IMG/VR virus record: IMGVR_UViG_3300044640_001495
Location: 186,001 to 250,000 of that record
DNA: 64,000 nucleotides
Reading direction: 5' to 3' (one strand)
The translations under genes and the position numbers were made by a program. Below, in pieces: positions 11,490 through 21,514 of this stretch. Position 1 is the first letter of the stretch. Each line of letters starts with the position of its first letter. The notes under the pieces are model-generated. The model was not told the DNA's origin. It was given only the letters and a program-made list of their open reading frames with translations, and did not search any database.

Positions 11490-11927
11490 TTAGTAAATGA
11501 TTTTGTTTTCTCTATCAAAATCAAAAGTCATTCGTTCATTGATATTAAAAGGCAGATAGGTTATATCAGCTTCTATTCTTATTCCCATATCGGTGGAATC
11601 AATGCTTACTCCGTTGATTTCTATCCTAGGATCATAATTGATAATCTGTTCAACATCGTCTGTAATTAATTTTTTAACTTCTTCAGTAAATTGTTCAAAT
11701 AACAAATCCCATAACGCTGTGCCAAAATCAGGATTTTCTAATTTTTCACCTTTGCGAATATAAAAATGATTGATGATATCCTGTTTTACCAAATCGATGT
11801 CGTATAATTTAAATCCATTTTTGGATTCTTGAGAACTGAAACCTTTGTAGGTAAATGCGGTGTTGCCGCTGGTACCGGTACTGGCAGTTAACGCAGCCAC
11901 TGATTTTTTGTTATATATTTTTGCCAT
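11490..11927 (-). CDS. gp25: Baseplate wedge subunit, gp25-like
   Basis: LVKQDIINHFYIRKGEKLENPDFGTALWDLLFE...INYDPRI motif of the gp25/GPW family. Confidence 0.9.
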   Translation of the reverse strand: MAKIYNKKSVAALTASTGTSGNTAFTYKGFSSQESKNGFKLYDIDLVKQDIINHFYIRKGEKLENPDFGTALWDLLFEQFTEEVKKLITDDVEQIINYDPRIEINGVSIDSTDMGIRIEADITYLPFNINERMTFDFDRENKIIY

Positions 11928-11928
11928 T

Positions 11929-13428
11929 TTATGTATCCCTATCAGTGTTTTTTGGTGTTAGCAGTGTTGGGGCTTGATTCTCATGTAACGCCCAAGGTTC
12001 GTGCATGGGAATTCTTTTCATGATACTGTCTAATGTTCCTGCGGAGTATCGTTTTTTATTGCCCCAGGTTGAACTAGAACTAGTTTTAATATTAGCATGA
12101 GTTTTTAATGTAGAGGCCGGTGTGGCAGCTACTGCCAATCCAGAATTTAAATTAATGTTGCCTCCGTCAATATTAGTGTCTGATGATTTAATATTGGTTG
12201 CTCCGCCTGATGACAGTTTAGTTCCTGATCCGGAAACTAGATCGAATCCTGCACCGACAGTGATTTTCCCATTTTGAGCTGCAATTAAATTCAAATTGCC
12301 CACTGCTTCTATTTGGATGTTGCCTCCTGCGGCTTTTGTGTTGACATTTCTACCAGCTTCAAAATTTATATCTCTATCGGCTCTAATATTAACATCGTTT
12401 TCTGAATGTATGGATATGCTATCTTGTGCATATACATCAATTTTTCCATTGCTGGTCAGTTCAACCCATGCGGTGCCACGTGAATTGCCTATATAGATTA
12501 AGTCTTCACTGTTGTGTAACAATATCTGATGGCCAGTTCGTGTACGCAGTCTTACATATTCATTGTAAGGAATATTTGTATCACCTTTTTCTTTCTTAAG
12601 TGTATCTGCATAGTCTAAAGGTCCTTGGCCGGCTGGTTTTTTTCTTATGAATTGATCATCCCCGTCGTCAAAAACCAATTGGGTGCCACCTAATCTACTA
12701 ACAGGAACCGTTGATGGACTTTGTGCCTGCCGTTTACCAATAAACTGTTTTTTTGCATTGGGGCCTCTATCAAATGGCCCGGGGGTTGATATTCCAAATA
12801 CTGTGTTAGGAATGTTCCTTCTTGAAGTACTTGTGGTAGTTCCACGTACATCGTCTTCTAACAATCCCTGTTCTAAAAATACATCAGCAATAGGATGCAC
12901 CGGTTTTTTTATTTTATCAGTTTCTAAAGATTTATCTAGCGCATTGGTTTTTCTATTGATTTCTGCCACAGGAAGAGGCCGCGTGGTATCGTATTTTTTC
13001 TTTTGTTCTGGTGTCAGTTCAACCGCGGCGGAGCCTCCAATTGCGGGAATCATGTGATTCATAAATCTGCTGGGCACACAAGCAAACCAAAATCCTTCTG
13101 CAGTATTACCATCAACAAAAGCACACAGTACAGTGGTGCCAATTTCAGGAGTTGGAAACCACATGCCATAACTTTTTTGTGTGTCATTGTAATCAGTTTT
13201 ATTCAAGCCTAAATTTTCATACGCAGTGACTCCATAAAAAGGACTGGCATATCTTACTGTATATGTCTGACCTAGGTCGCCAATAGTATTTCCATTATCT
13301 CTTGATATTGACACTTCTAGTCCGCTCATAAATCCGGGATCCAAATATCCTACAACCTTGGCCATCATTATACCGGAGCCGATTTTTCCAGAGCTTTCAC
13401 TAACTGGGGTTCGTTTTTCAATAGACAT
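11929..13428 (-). CDS. gp5: Baseplate central spike, gp5/VgrG-like (OB fold plus beta-helix, no lysozyme domain)
   Basis: SYGMWFPTPEIGTTVLCAFVDGN OB-fold motif; RLRTRTGHQILLHNSEDLIYI..GTAWVELTSNGKIDVYA then beta-helix repeats; position upstream of gp25. Confidence 0.75.
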   Translation of the reverse strand: MSIEKRTPVSESSGKIGSGIMMAKVVGYLDPGFMSGLEVSISRDNGNTIGDLGQTYTVRYASPFYGVTAYENLGLNKTDYNDTQKSYGMWFPTPEIGTTVLCAFVDGNTAEGFWFACVPSRFMNHMIPAIGGSAAVELTPEQKKKYDTTRPLPVAEINRKTNALDKSLETDKIKKPVHPIADVFLEQGLLEDDVRGTTTSTSRRNIPNTVFGISTPGPFDRGPNAKKQFIGKRQAQSPSTVPVSRLGGTQLVFDDGDDQFIRKKPAGQGPLDYADTLKKEKGDTNIPYNEYVRLRTRTGHQILLHNSEDLIYIGNSRGTAWVELTSNGKIDVYAQDSISIHSENDVNIRADRDINFEAGRNVNTKAAGGNIQIEAVGNLNLIAAQNGKITVGAGFDLVSGSGTKLSSGGATNIKSSDTNIDGGNINLNSGLAVAATPASTLKTHANIKTSSSSTWGNKKRYSAGTLDSIMKRIPMHEPWALHENQAPTLLTPKNTDRDT

Positions 13429-15839
13429 TAGAAATTTAATCCTTGATCTTCATCATATTTTATACTATCATCTTCAGTATCAACTACAGTAGTTTTGGGA
13501 GGTTCTGGTTTGGTGGTATCATACAACATCTGTGACTGCTTGCTGATTGCTTCAGATCCATCAATGAAATCTTGTGGTTGTCCTAGCAGTCTACCCATAT
13601 TTAAAGTCTGTTGAAATGTGCCTCCGGAAAATTTACTAGTCACCCAATTGATTTTGTAAATTCCGCTGAAGGGACTGACCCATTCTCCTTTAGGGAAATT
13701 GTAGAGACCACCTTTACCATTAGTTCCAAGATTGGGTTCTACGGGACTTCTCCAAGATAGATACACATATATTTCACTGCTTTCCCAACTCATGGTAGCA
13801 TCTGCAGTGACCTGTCTGTTTGGACCAGGCTCGGCAAAATAATTGCTGTTAATCCCGCTGTCAGATATGAAAAAAGGATCTCCTAGAATATCAATATCAA
13901 CAAGGGTAAGATCCTTGCTGCCATTCAAAAAAGCATTATTAAATGCATCTGCCACCATTTGTTCTGCAGTTTTATCGCCAGATGCCGAACTGGTTTTTAT
14001 GCTATAATCCGGTTTCACTGACGCACCGCCTGTGACTGCTGATACTCCGCTTACTGCCTCGCCTGTTTGCACCACGGCTTGATTTTTTTGTTCATCTGCT
14101 CCTGTCTGTATGTCTTTGTTGGCTATGGCAGCATTTTTGTTCGGCGGTTTAGGCATTTGACCTTGATACCATAATGCATTAAGTGTGATGTCGAATTTTA
14201 ACAAATCGTTATTTGTACCGGTGTAGATGTAATCGTAACGTTTGGCAATAATTTTGCTTAACTGGCCCTGGCCGGCCGGAGCAGCTGAAGGATTTTTTAT
14301 TATGCCTGCATTCACTTTATAAGGCACAACTCTATAGATGTATTTCTTTGCACGAACATTTCTTTTGGTATCATATCCCAGTAGTTGTATCTGACAATCT
14401 AGTCTATACCACTCAACTTGACCGTTTTCATCAATTGCTTCTGGTTTGATAGCATCTTCAGCAAATTTAGAACTTAGAATAATTCGATTAATTACTTCAC
14501 TAACTTTTGTCGTTTTTTGAGGGAAGGTGAACAATCTTAAATTAGTATCGATTGACATTTTCTCTTTAATTACTTTCTTTCCATCTTCATCAAGTACATC
14601 ACTTTCATATTTGTAAACATAGTTTCCGCCAGATGTAGCATCAAACCCCATGGTGTTGGTATCACTGCCGATTCGCCCTGATCCAAAATCTAATTGAACT
14701 TCATCTTTAGTATCACTGATCTTTGTTTCTGCGGGTTTGTTGGGATCGGCAGTGGCTTTTAACACTTCGGTGGCATTTGTAGATTTAATTACACCTATAT
14801 CATCTGAAGAATCTTTTGGAAATACAATTTGATATATATCTGCTAGATCCTGCTGGTCAGATTTGACCAAATCTTGTTGTATTCTATTTAGAGCATTGGT
14901 TAGGCTTCTTGAACCAGATGCCAATACACTCTTAACTGTTTCTCCTGTTATAGAAATGTCGCTGGGTAATATATTGACTAGATCACTGAAACCGCTGAAG
15001 TGCAGGGGCATAGCGACCACTGAATATTTGCTGCCACCTTCGTCAACTTTAAAGTTAATTTCATTTATTCTAATGGTAAAAAATCTAGTTAATTTAGCTG
15101 TTGATGCCAGCATGGCTCCGTTGTCCTTCATCCCTTTAAATTCTAACACTAGAAGGTAAGGAGTTTCTACTAGATAACTAGGATATCCCGCATTTACTGC
15201 TGCAACTTTCATGCTTTGTAAAAACATCCCCATTGAATACGGTTCGTACACATCGAATGTAATGTTACAATTATTGGTATTTCCTTCTTTAGCCCCTGGT
15301 GCCAAATTGTGTTTCATAGAGAAGTTGTCAATGAAATATTCTGGAGCACCATTCACTGTATTGGTTCTTCGTGCATCATAACGGCCTGCTGATGATAGAA
15401 TTACATTTGATAATCTTGTGGGATTATTTCTGTATAAATCCGGATTGTTAAATTCGTTGGGAGTAAGGCAAGACAGCGTCCAGAGAGGAGAATATGAAGC
15501 AAACTGTTCCAGTATATTTTGATAAGGCGGTCCTCCTGCTATAGGTTTCAAAAATGATACAGCAAGCGGTGGAAGTTTTGTAGGATCAGGTTCCCATGAT
15601 TTTATTTTATCTATGGCAATAGTGGCACCTTGAGAAAATGCATTGGTAACTTGTCTGGCTGTTCCGGTTACTGTGCTTATGGCATTAGTTACCTGTGAAA
15701 TAGGATTACCATCTGGCTTGACAAAAGATTCTATTTTATTACCAATGTCTCTAAAACTAGGTGGGCTTGTTTGAGTATAGGCCGACCCTAGTCTAGCATA
15801 TTTTTCTGTTGGAGTTTCACCTGAACCAAAAATTGACAT
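13428..15839 (-). CDS. Baseplate hub protein (gp27/VgrG N-terminal-like), 803 aa
   Basis: Lies between the gp53-like gene and the spike gene; C-terminal IDILGDPFFI and FSGIYKINWVTSKFSGGTFQQTL motifs are typical of hub proteins. Confidence 0.55.
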   Translation of the reverse strand: MSIFGSGETPTEKYARLGSAYTQTSPPSFRDIGNKIESFVKPDGNPISQVTNAISTVTGTARQVTNAFSQGATIAIDKIKSWEPDPTKLPPLAVSFLKPIAGGPPYQNILEQFASYSPLWTLSCLTPNEFNNPDLYRNNPTRLSNVILSSAGRYDARRTNTVNGAPEYFIDNFSMKHNLAPGAKEGNTNNCNITFDVYEPYSMGMFLQSMKVAAVNAGYPSYLVETPYLLVLEFKGMKDNGAMLASTAKLTRFFTIRINEINFKVDEGGSKYSVVAMPLHFSGFSDLVNILPSDISITGETVKSVLASGSRSLTNALNRIQQDLVKSDQQDLADIYQIVFPKDSSDDIGVIKSTNATEVLKATADPNKPAETKISDTKDEVQLDFGSGRIGSDTNTMGFDATSGGNYVYKYESDVLDEDGKKVIKEKMSIDTNLRLFTFPQKTTKVSEVINRIILSSKFAEDAIKPEAIDENGQVEWYRLDCQIQLLGYDTKRNVRAKKYIYRVVPYKVNAGIIKNPSAAPAGQGQLSKIIAKRYDYIYTGTNNDLLKFDITLNALWYQGQMPKPPNKNAAIANKDIQTGADEQKNQAVVQTGEAVSGVSAVTGGASVKPDYSIKTSSASGDKTAEQMVADAFNNAFLNGSKDLTLVDIDILGDPFFISDSGINSNYFAEPGPNRQVTADATMSWESSEIYVYLSWRSPVEPNLGTNGKGGLYNFPKGEWVSPFSGIYKINWVTSKFSGGTFQQTLNMGRLLGQPQDFIDGSEAISKQSQMLYDTTKPEPPKTTVVDTEDDSIKYDEDQGLNF

Positions 15840-15840
15840 T

Positions 15841-16140
15841 TTAAATTCCGATATATTTTTCTATATTTGATTTTTTTGGGCAGAATATAACGGTTCCCGG
15901 AACAAAATCAAAAATTGGATCTTTTATAGTTTCCATATTTCTTTGCGTAAACACCCACCATAGTTTGGCATTACCATAAAGATCAAATGCCAATAAGTCA
16001 GGACGATGTCGGTATTGTGTTTCTATAATATAACGATAATCATCTGCCTCTGAAGGCACAGGTCGAATAGTTAATAATTCTAAATAAAAATTATTTTCTT
16101 TTGTTGTATAATAGGGTGATGCTCGATTATATGAAGCCAT
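15841..16140 (-). CDS. gp53: Baseplate wedge protein, gp53-like (LysM-type)
   Basis: YRHRPDLLAFDLYGNAKLWWVF motif. Confidence 0.8.
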   Translation of the reverse strand: MASYNRASPYYTTKENNFYLELLTIRPVPSEADDYRYIIETQYRHRPDLLAFDLYGNAKLWWVFTQRNMETIKDPIFDFVPGTVIFCPKKSNIEKYIGI

Positions 16141-17510
16141 TAGATGTATCCTTGGCCGCCAACAATTTGACCGTTGGCGTAACTTTTGAGATTGAATTGT
16201 CTTAATCTTGTTCTATTATAAATTGGCGCTACTGTTACCGATATAGTGCTCATTATAGGCACCCACGTTGGTGCTCCACCTTTAGGAGTATACTTGATAT
16301 AACTTGTATCATCTTTGAAATCAACTGAAAAACTTTTTACAATTACAGGAACATTATTAAAAACTCTTGCACCGTATCCAGTGAGGTTACAGATAATAGG
16401 CGGATTGCCTACGTTTTCGCCCGAACCAAAAAACATCTTGGTGGCTGTTTTTAAAAACGTAGTTCCCTCAATCCAATATTGTGCATCAAGTTCATTTTCT
16501 ACTGAGAACTCTCCAGAAATTTGTATATCATCAACCTGACTGTTCTTATAGGCATAGAATGGTTGTATATTATGGATTGGCTCTATCTGAGTATAGTTGG
16601 CCTTGGAAGATACTGTGATGTTTGGAAGATAAGGAAAAACAAAACCATTGGTGTCCACAAGTCTATTGAATGCTGTGCCAAACAATCCAAAATTGCAATT
16701 TATTCTCACACGCCAATCATTTACTGCGCCCGGCTTTAACTCGACAAACGATCCTTGTTGGGTAAATAATTCAGCACCGCTAGGAAGATTCTTACCTCTG
16801 GCCATACTTAAAAGATTGTTTACCATTCCTGCTGCACCTGATACTTTACCGGCAAGTGCAGCAATACCACCACCTAACCCGCCACTGGCCAATCCTAATT
16901 TGTCTAAACTTGCCCCTATCGCAGCACCAACATTACTGATACCACCAGCAATACCACCTACTTGGCCAGCAACACCGCCAAGTGCTCCGGCGACTCCCGA
17001 AATTGCACTAGTAGCATTTGAGGCTAGTCCTTGTAGAGCACCTCCAATGCCTGTGGCATTTGACGCAAGGCTCTGTACTGTGCTGTTGATACCGCCTAGA
17101 GCACCGGTGACTCCAGCCAGTGCTCCTTTGGCATCATTAGCAAGATTTCCTGCTGCGGCTGTGAACCCGTTTAGACCTGTACCTATTTCTCCGCTCAAAC
17201 GGCCAACGGTGGCATCTAAATTTGATTTTAATGAAGCAAAATTTTCGGGAGCTTTTTTAATCGCTGCTGCGGCATCATTGGCCGCAGCTTCAACTTGTGT
17301 TGACACATTTGCAACCAATCTTGCTAAAGGATTACTGTTAGGTCCCGAAGAAGCTGTTAATGCACCCCCACCAAATGCTGCCGTTAATTTTTCATTAATG
17401 CCTCTGTTGTTAGCAACCTGTTCAGCCGTGATACCTTCAGGATCGCCGCTGGCTCGGTTGATTCGTGCAGCTTCTTGTGCTGGAGTTTCAGGATAAGAGT
17501 TACGTGCCAT
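16140..17510 (-). CDS. Baseplate/tail-tube initiator (gp48/gp54-like) with a long Gly/Ala-rich N-terminal extension
   Basis: C-terminal FVFPYLPNITVS..ANY...GNPPIICNLTGYG..FNNVPVIVKSFSVDF tube-fold motif. ATG at 17510 with an AAGGA SD is preferred over TTG at 17519. Confidence 0.65.
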   Translation of the reverse strand: MARNSYPETPAQEAARINRASGDPEGITAEQVANNRGINEKLTAAFGGGALTASSGPNSNPLARLVANVSTQVEAAANDAAAAIKKAPENFASLKSNLDATVGRLSGEIGTGLNGFTAAAGNLANDAKGALAGVTGALGGINSTVQSLASNATGIGGALQGLASNATSAISGVAGALGGVAGQVGGIAGGISNVGAAIGASLDKLGLASGGLGGGIAALAGKVSGAAGMVNNLLSMARGKNLPSGAELFTQQGSFVELKPGAVNDWRVRINCNFGLFGTAFNRLVDTNGFVFPYLPNITVSSKANYTQIEPIHNIQPFYAYKNSQVDDIQISGEFSVENELDAQYWIEGTTFLKTATKMFFGSGENVGNPPIICNLTGYGARVFNNVPVIVKSFSVDFKDDTSYIKYTPKGGAPTWVPIMSTISVTVAPIYNRTRLRQFNLKSYANGQIVGGQGYI

Positions 17511-17538
17511 TTTGAGCAAATTTCCTTGTCATATAGAC

Positions 17539-17544
17539 TATTTA
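17539..17544 (-). promoter_or_regulatory. Late promoter core TAAATA for the baseplate operon
   Basis: TATTTA on + in the divergent intergenic gap, about 30 nt upstream of ATG 17510. Confidence 0.6.
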
Positions 17545-17547
17545 TTA

Positions 17548-17575
17548 TTGACAAAATGTGCTATTATATTAATAA
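17548..17575 (+). promoter_or_regulatory. Possible sigma70-type promoter for gp55
   Basis: Perfect TTGACA at 17548-17553 and AT-rich -10 candidates (TGcTATTAT 17559-17567; TAATAA 17570-17575); spacing is imperfect. Confidence 0.4.
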
Positions 17576-17593
17576 CCGGAGAATTCTAAAACA

Positions 17594-18460
17594 ATGACAA
17601 TAATTACGCAGCCTCCTAAGATCAAGTATCTTACCAACAAGGATCTACTAAAAGAAATACATCTCAGCAAGAATACCTATTGCACCTACAGCGATCCTGC
17701 ATACAGTGACTATGATTTAATCATCCCAAATTTGTCTAAAATCAATATTAGAACAATTGCCGATGCCAAGAGAAATCGTGCCATCAAGATGGGTAAAAAA
17801 GCCCACGAACTTGCACAGTCAGGTGGTAAAAAGTTTCCTGCCAAAGATTACGAAGTTGACTACAAAAAAATCCTTAAAACTGATGTGGTGTTTAGAGTCA
17901 TGACCTTTGAACATGTGCCGCTTGCACCAGGAAGAAAAAAGACCTTGAAGAATACCGCAGATAGTCATGAGAAGGTGAATTTTCCTCCTTTCCAACACTG
18001 GAAGTTTGATGAAAATGACAATCTTATATTGGTGGGTAAAAGTCATTGGAAAGGTGATTTTGTTACTGGCTCCTTTAACAAAGAGCATGGACAAATGACT
18101 AACAATCTAGCCCGCATGTTCTTAAAATTATGTGAGCGGTATGCAACTAGAGGCAACGTGCGTGGCTACACTTATAATGACGAAATGCGTGGACAGGCTA
18201 TTCTACAGCTAACTCAGATTGGTCTACAGTTTGACGAATCAAAATCTGACAATCCGTTTGCCTACTACACGGCTGCTGTTACAAATTCATTCGTTAGAAT
18301 TATCAACATTGAAAAACGTAATCAAAATATTCGTGATGATATTTTAGAAATCAATGGCATGAATCCATCATGGACAAGACAGAATGCTTCGGGTAAGCCA
18401 GGTGGCGGATACGGACCAGTTAGTACTGCACCAGTAGACGGGGGTGGAGATTGGGATTGA
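17594..18460 (+). CDS. gp55: Late-transcription sigma factor, T4 gp55-like, with a large internal insertion
   Basis: YLTNKDLLKEI near the N-terminus; LARMFLKLCERYATRGNVRGYTYNDEMRGQA..QFDESKSDNPFAYYTAAVTNSFVRIINIEK matches the gp55 core. Confidence 0.85.
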   Translation: MTIITQPPKIKYLTNKDLLKEIHLSKNTYCTYSDPAYSDYDLIIPNLSKINIRTIADAKRNRAIKMGKKAHELAQSGGKKFPAKDYEVDYKKILKTDVVFRVMTFEHVPLAPGRKKTLKNTADSHEKVNFPPFQHWKFDENDNLILVGKSHWKGDFVTGSFNKEHGQMTNNLARMFLKLCERYATRGNVRGYTYNDEMRGQAILQLTQIGLQFDESKSDNPFAYYTAAVTNSFVRIINIEKRNQNIRDDILEINGMNPSWTRQNASGKPGGGYGPVSTAPVDGGGDWD

Positions 18461-18486
18461 CCTAGTGATTGTAAATGTGTTACAAT
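18457..18486 (+). promoter_or_regulatory. sigma70-type promoter for gp47-gp46
   Basis: TTGACC-18 bp-TACAAT with an extended TG; AAGGAG SD before ATG 18502. Confidence 0.6.
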
Positions 18487-18501
18487 AACTAAGGAGATTC
18501 T

Positions 18502-19512
18502 ATGTCATTATTCAAAAAAGTAGCCTGCTTCACTGATATTCATTTCGGATTAAAATCAGGAAGTCGTACGCATAACCAAGACTGCGAAGATTTCGTCTCG
18601 TGGTTTTGTGATGTTGCCAAACAGGAAAACTGCGAAACTGCAATTTTCCTCGGCGATTGGCATCACAATAGAAACACCACTGATGTTTCGACTATGAACT
18701 ATACAGTTTCTAATCTAGAGAAGCTGAGCCAATCATTTGAAAAAGTCTATTTCATTCTAGGCAATCACGACTTGTTCTATAAAGACAAGCGTGAAATTAA
18801 TTCTATTGAATTCATGCGTCTGTTTCCTAATATTATTCCTGTTAGAGAACGACTTACTCAAGGCGATGTAACTATTATGCCTTGGCTAGTAGGCGACGAG
18901 TGGAAAACTATTCCGGACATCAAAAGCCGGTATCTGTTTGGTCACTTGGAACTGCCCAGCTTCTACATGAACGCCATGGTACAGATGCCGGATCACGGAA
19001 CTATTCAATCGGGTCACTTTGCCAATCAAGAATATGTGTTCACTGGGCACTTTCATAAGCGACAAAACAATAGAAATATACATTATATCGGTAATGCATT
19101 TCCTCACAACTATGCCGATGCTGGAGATGACGACCGCGGCATGATGATGTTAGAGTGGGGTGGCAAGCCTGAGTTTCGTACTTGGACTGCTCAACCTGTT
19201 TATCGCACTTTCAAACTGAGTCAAATTATTGATAAACCGGACGAGCTCCTAAGAGAAAAGATGCATTGCCGTGTTACCATTGACCTCCCTATCAGTTTTG
19301 AAGAAGCAAACTTTATCAAAGAAACATTCATGCCGCAATACAAATTGCGTGAGCTTATGTTGATTCCAGAAAAAGTTGAAGTAGATGCACAATCTACTCC
19401 TATTGATATCAACTTCGAATCAGTTGATACCATTGTGATGAATCAAATTAATGCCATTGACAGTGATACCTTTGACAAGGCCATGCTGTTGGAGATCTAC
19501 AATAACCTATGA
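18502..19512 (+). CDS. gp47: Recombination endonuclease subunit, Mre11/SbcD-like
   Basis: Metallophosphoesterase motifs DIHFG, GDWHH, GNHD, GHLE, GHFH. Confidence 0.95.
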   Translation: MSLFKKVACFTDIHFGLKSGSRTHNQDCEDFVSWFCDVAKQENCETAIFLGDWHHNRNTTDVSTMNYTVSNLEKLSQSFEKVYFILGNHDLFYKDKREINSIEFMRLFPNIIPVRERLTQGDVTIMPWLVGDEWKTIPDIKSRYLFGHLELPSFYMNAMVQMPDHGTIQSGHFANQEYVFTGHFHKRQNNRNIHYIGNAFPHNYADAGDDDRGMMMLEWGGKPEFRTWTAQPVYRTFKLSQIIDKPDELLREKMHCRVTIDLPISFEEANFIKETFMPQYKLRELMLIPEKVEVDAQSTPIDINFESVDTIVMNQINAIDSDTFDKAMLLEIYNNL

Positions 19513-21287
19513 TTAAAATCAAAGACCTAACAGTTAGAAACTTTATGAGCGTGGGCGCACAGACCCAAGCAATTAACTTTGACAAAGGACAACTGACGCT
19601 AGTGCTAGGTGAAAACTTAGATCTAGGCGGTGATGACAGCGGAGCCCGTAATGGTACAGGTAAAACCACTATTATCAATGGCCTTAGCTATGCCATATTT
19701 GGTACTGCGTTAACTAACATCAAGAAAGATAATCTTGTTAACAAGATCAACAACAAAGGTATGCTGTGTACTGTTAGTTTTGAAAAGGACGGCATTGACT
19801 ATCGTATCGAGCGTGGCCGGAAACCTAACATTTTAAAATTTACTGTTAACGGTCAAGAACAAGAAAGCCTAGATCAAGATGAGAGTCAAGGCGATTCAAG
19901 AGAAACACAAAAAGATATTGAAGATGTATTCGGTATGTCCCATGACATGTTCAAACATCTTGTGGCTCTTAACACTTACACTGAACCGTTTCTTTCTATG
20001 AAGGCTGCGGATCAACGTGCTATCATTGAACAACTGTTGGGTATTACACAATTAAGTGAAAAGGCAGAAGCTCTTAAAGAACAGATCAAACAGAGCAAAG
20101 ATAATATTTCCACAGAAAATATAAAACTTGAAACTATCAAAGCCAGCAATGAACGTATTCAACAGAGTATCGAATCTCTTGAACGCAAACAACGCCTGTG
20201 GGAAGAACAACACGAAACTGCTCTTACTAATTTAACCAAAGCCATTGAAAAATTGTTGGATGTTGAGATTGATGATGAAATTGCCAATCAACGTGCTTTG
20301 GTAGAGTGGAACAAAAGTAAAAAAGAACGTGATAGCCTAACAGTTCTTGTTGCCAAACAGACTAGTACACTAGAAAGAGAACAGCGAACACTGGAAAAAC
20401 TAGAAAGAGAATTAATAACTCTTGCAGATCACAAGTGTCATAGTTGTGGTCAAGATCTACATGATACCAAACATGATGAAATGATGTCTGCTAAAAGCAA
20501 GCAGGTTGAAGAAAGCCAAGGACATTTAAAAACTCACAGTGAAGAACTCAGTGAACTTAACGAAGCACTTAGTCTAGTTGGTGAATTAGGTCAATGTCCC
20601 ACAGTGATCTATGACAATCTAGAACAAGCACTCAATCATAAAAATACTCTAGGCAGTTTAGAGCGTGATTTAGAAATCAAAGTTGCGGAAGATAATCCTT
20701 ACATTGAACAAATTGAAGAATTACGCAATACTGCGGTACAGGAAGTAGACTATGAAGGCTTAAACAAACTAGTGCGTGTTAAAGACCATCAAGAGTTCTT
20801 ACACAAACTGTTAACTAACAAAGACAGCTTTATCCGTAAGCGTATTATTGATCAAAATCTAGCCTATCTAAATCAGCGACTGACGTATTATCTCGATAAA
20901 ATTGGTTTACCGCATCTGGTAGAATTCCAAAACGATCTAACTGTTATTATTACACAATTAGGACAAGATCTAGACTTTGATAATCTATCACGTGGTGAAC
21001 GCAATAGGCTTATTTTGTCTATGTCGTGGGCATTCCGTGATGTATGGGAAAACTTATATCAAGCAATTAATCTGTTATTCATTGACGAACTTGTTGATAG
21101 CGGGATGGATGCCAGCGGAGTTGAAAGTAGTATTGCGGTACTCAAGAAGATGACCCGTGAACGTAATAAGAATGTATTCTTGATCAGTCATAGAGATGAT
21201 CTAACCAGCCGTGTTAATCATGTGCTCAAGGTTATTAAAGAAAACGGATTTACCAGCTATTCAAATGATGTGGAGATTGTTGCTTGA
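19509..21287 (+). CDS. gp46: Recombination ATPase subunit, Rad50/SbcC-like
   Basis: Walker A NGTGKTT, coiled coils with zinc hook CHSCG, signature LSRGE, Walker B LLFIDE, H-loop ISH. Confidence 0.95.
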   Translation: MIKIKDLTVRNFMSVGAQTQAINFDKGQLTLVLGENLDLGGDDSGARNGTGKTTIINGLSYAIFGTALTNIKKDNLVNKINNKGMLCTVSFEKDGIDYRIERGRKPNILKFTVNGQEQESLDQDESQGDSRETQKDIEDVFGMSHDMFKHLVALNTYTEPFLSMKAADQRAIIEQLLGITQLSEKAEALKEQIKQSKDNISTENIKLETIKASNERIQQSIESLERKQRLWEEQHETALTNLTKAIEKLLDVEIDDEIANQRALVEWNKSKKERDSLTVLVAKQTSTLEREQRTLEKLERELITLADHKCHSCGQDLHDTKHDEMMSAKSKQVEESQGHLKTHSEELSELNEALSLVGELGQCPTVIYDNLEQALNHKNTLGSLERDLEIKVAEDNPYIEQIEELRNTAVQEVDYEGLNKLVRVKDHQEFLHKLLTNKDSFIRKRIIDQNLAYLNQRLTYYLDKIGLPHLVEFQNDLTVIITQLGQDLDFDNLSRGERNRLILSMSWAFRDVWENLYQAINLLFIDELVDSGMDASGVESSIAVLKKMTRERNKNVFLISHRDDLTSRVNHVLKVIKENGFTSYSNDVEIVA

Positions 21288-21514
21288 GTTCAGAAAGCCA
21301 TGACAAGATGATTGCTGCTTTTCAGGAATATTTTAAGTGGCAAGAACGATTTGAATACAAAGGCTCTGACGAAGCAGGCATTAAGGCACGATATTGGCTA
21401 TCAGAAATACGTAATGAAGCAAGCGTAAGGCGCATAGAAATACAGGCAAAAAGAGAAGAACGCAAACAAGCCAGAAAAGGCATGATAGGAAGGCCCAAGA
21501 AAATAAGTACCTGA
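21284..21514 (+). CDS. Small basic protein resembling the histone H1-like (Hc1) family
   Basis: KGSDEAGIKARYWLSEIRNEASVRRIEI resembles the Hc1 motif KGNKAAGxRARK; TTG start overlaps the gp46 stop, with a GGAG SD. Confidence 0.55.
   Translation: MSSESHDKMIAAFQEYFKWQERFEYKGSDEAGIKARYWLSEIRNEASVRRIEIQAKREERKQARKGMIGRPKKIST

Noticed and set aside
16648-17496. 282-aa + strand ORF
   Set aside because: Antisense shadow of the Gly/Ala-rich minus-strand gene
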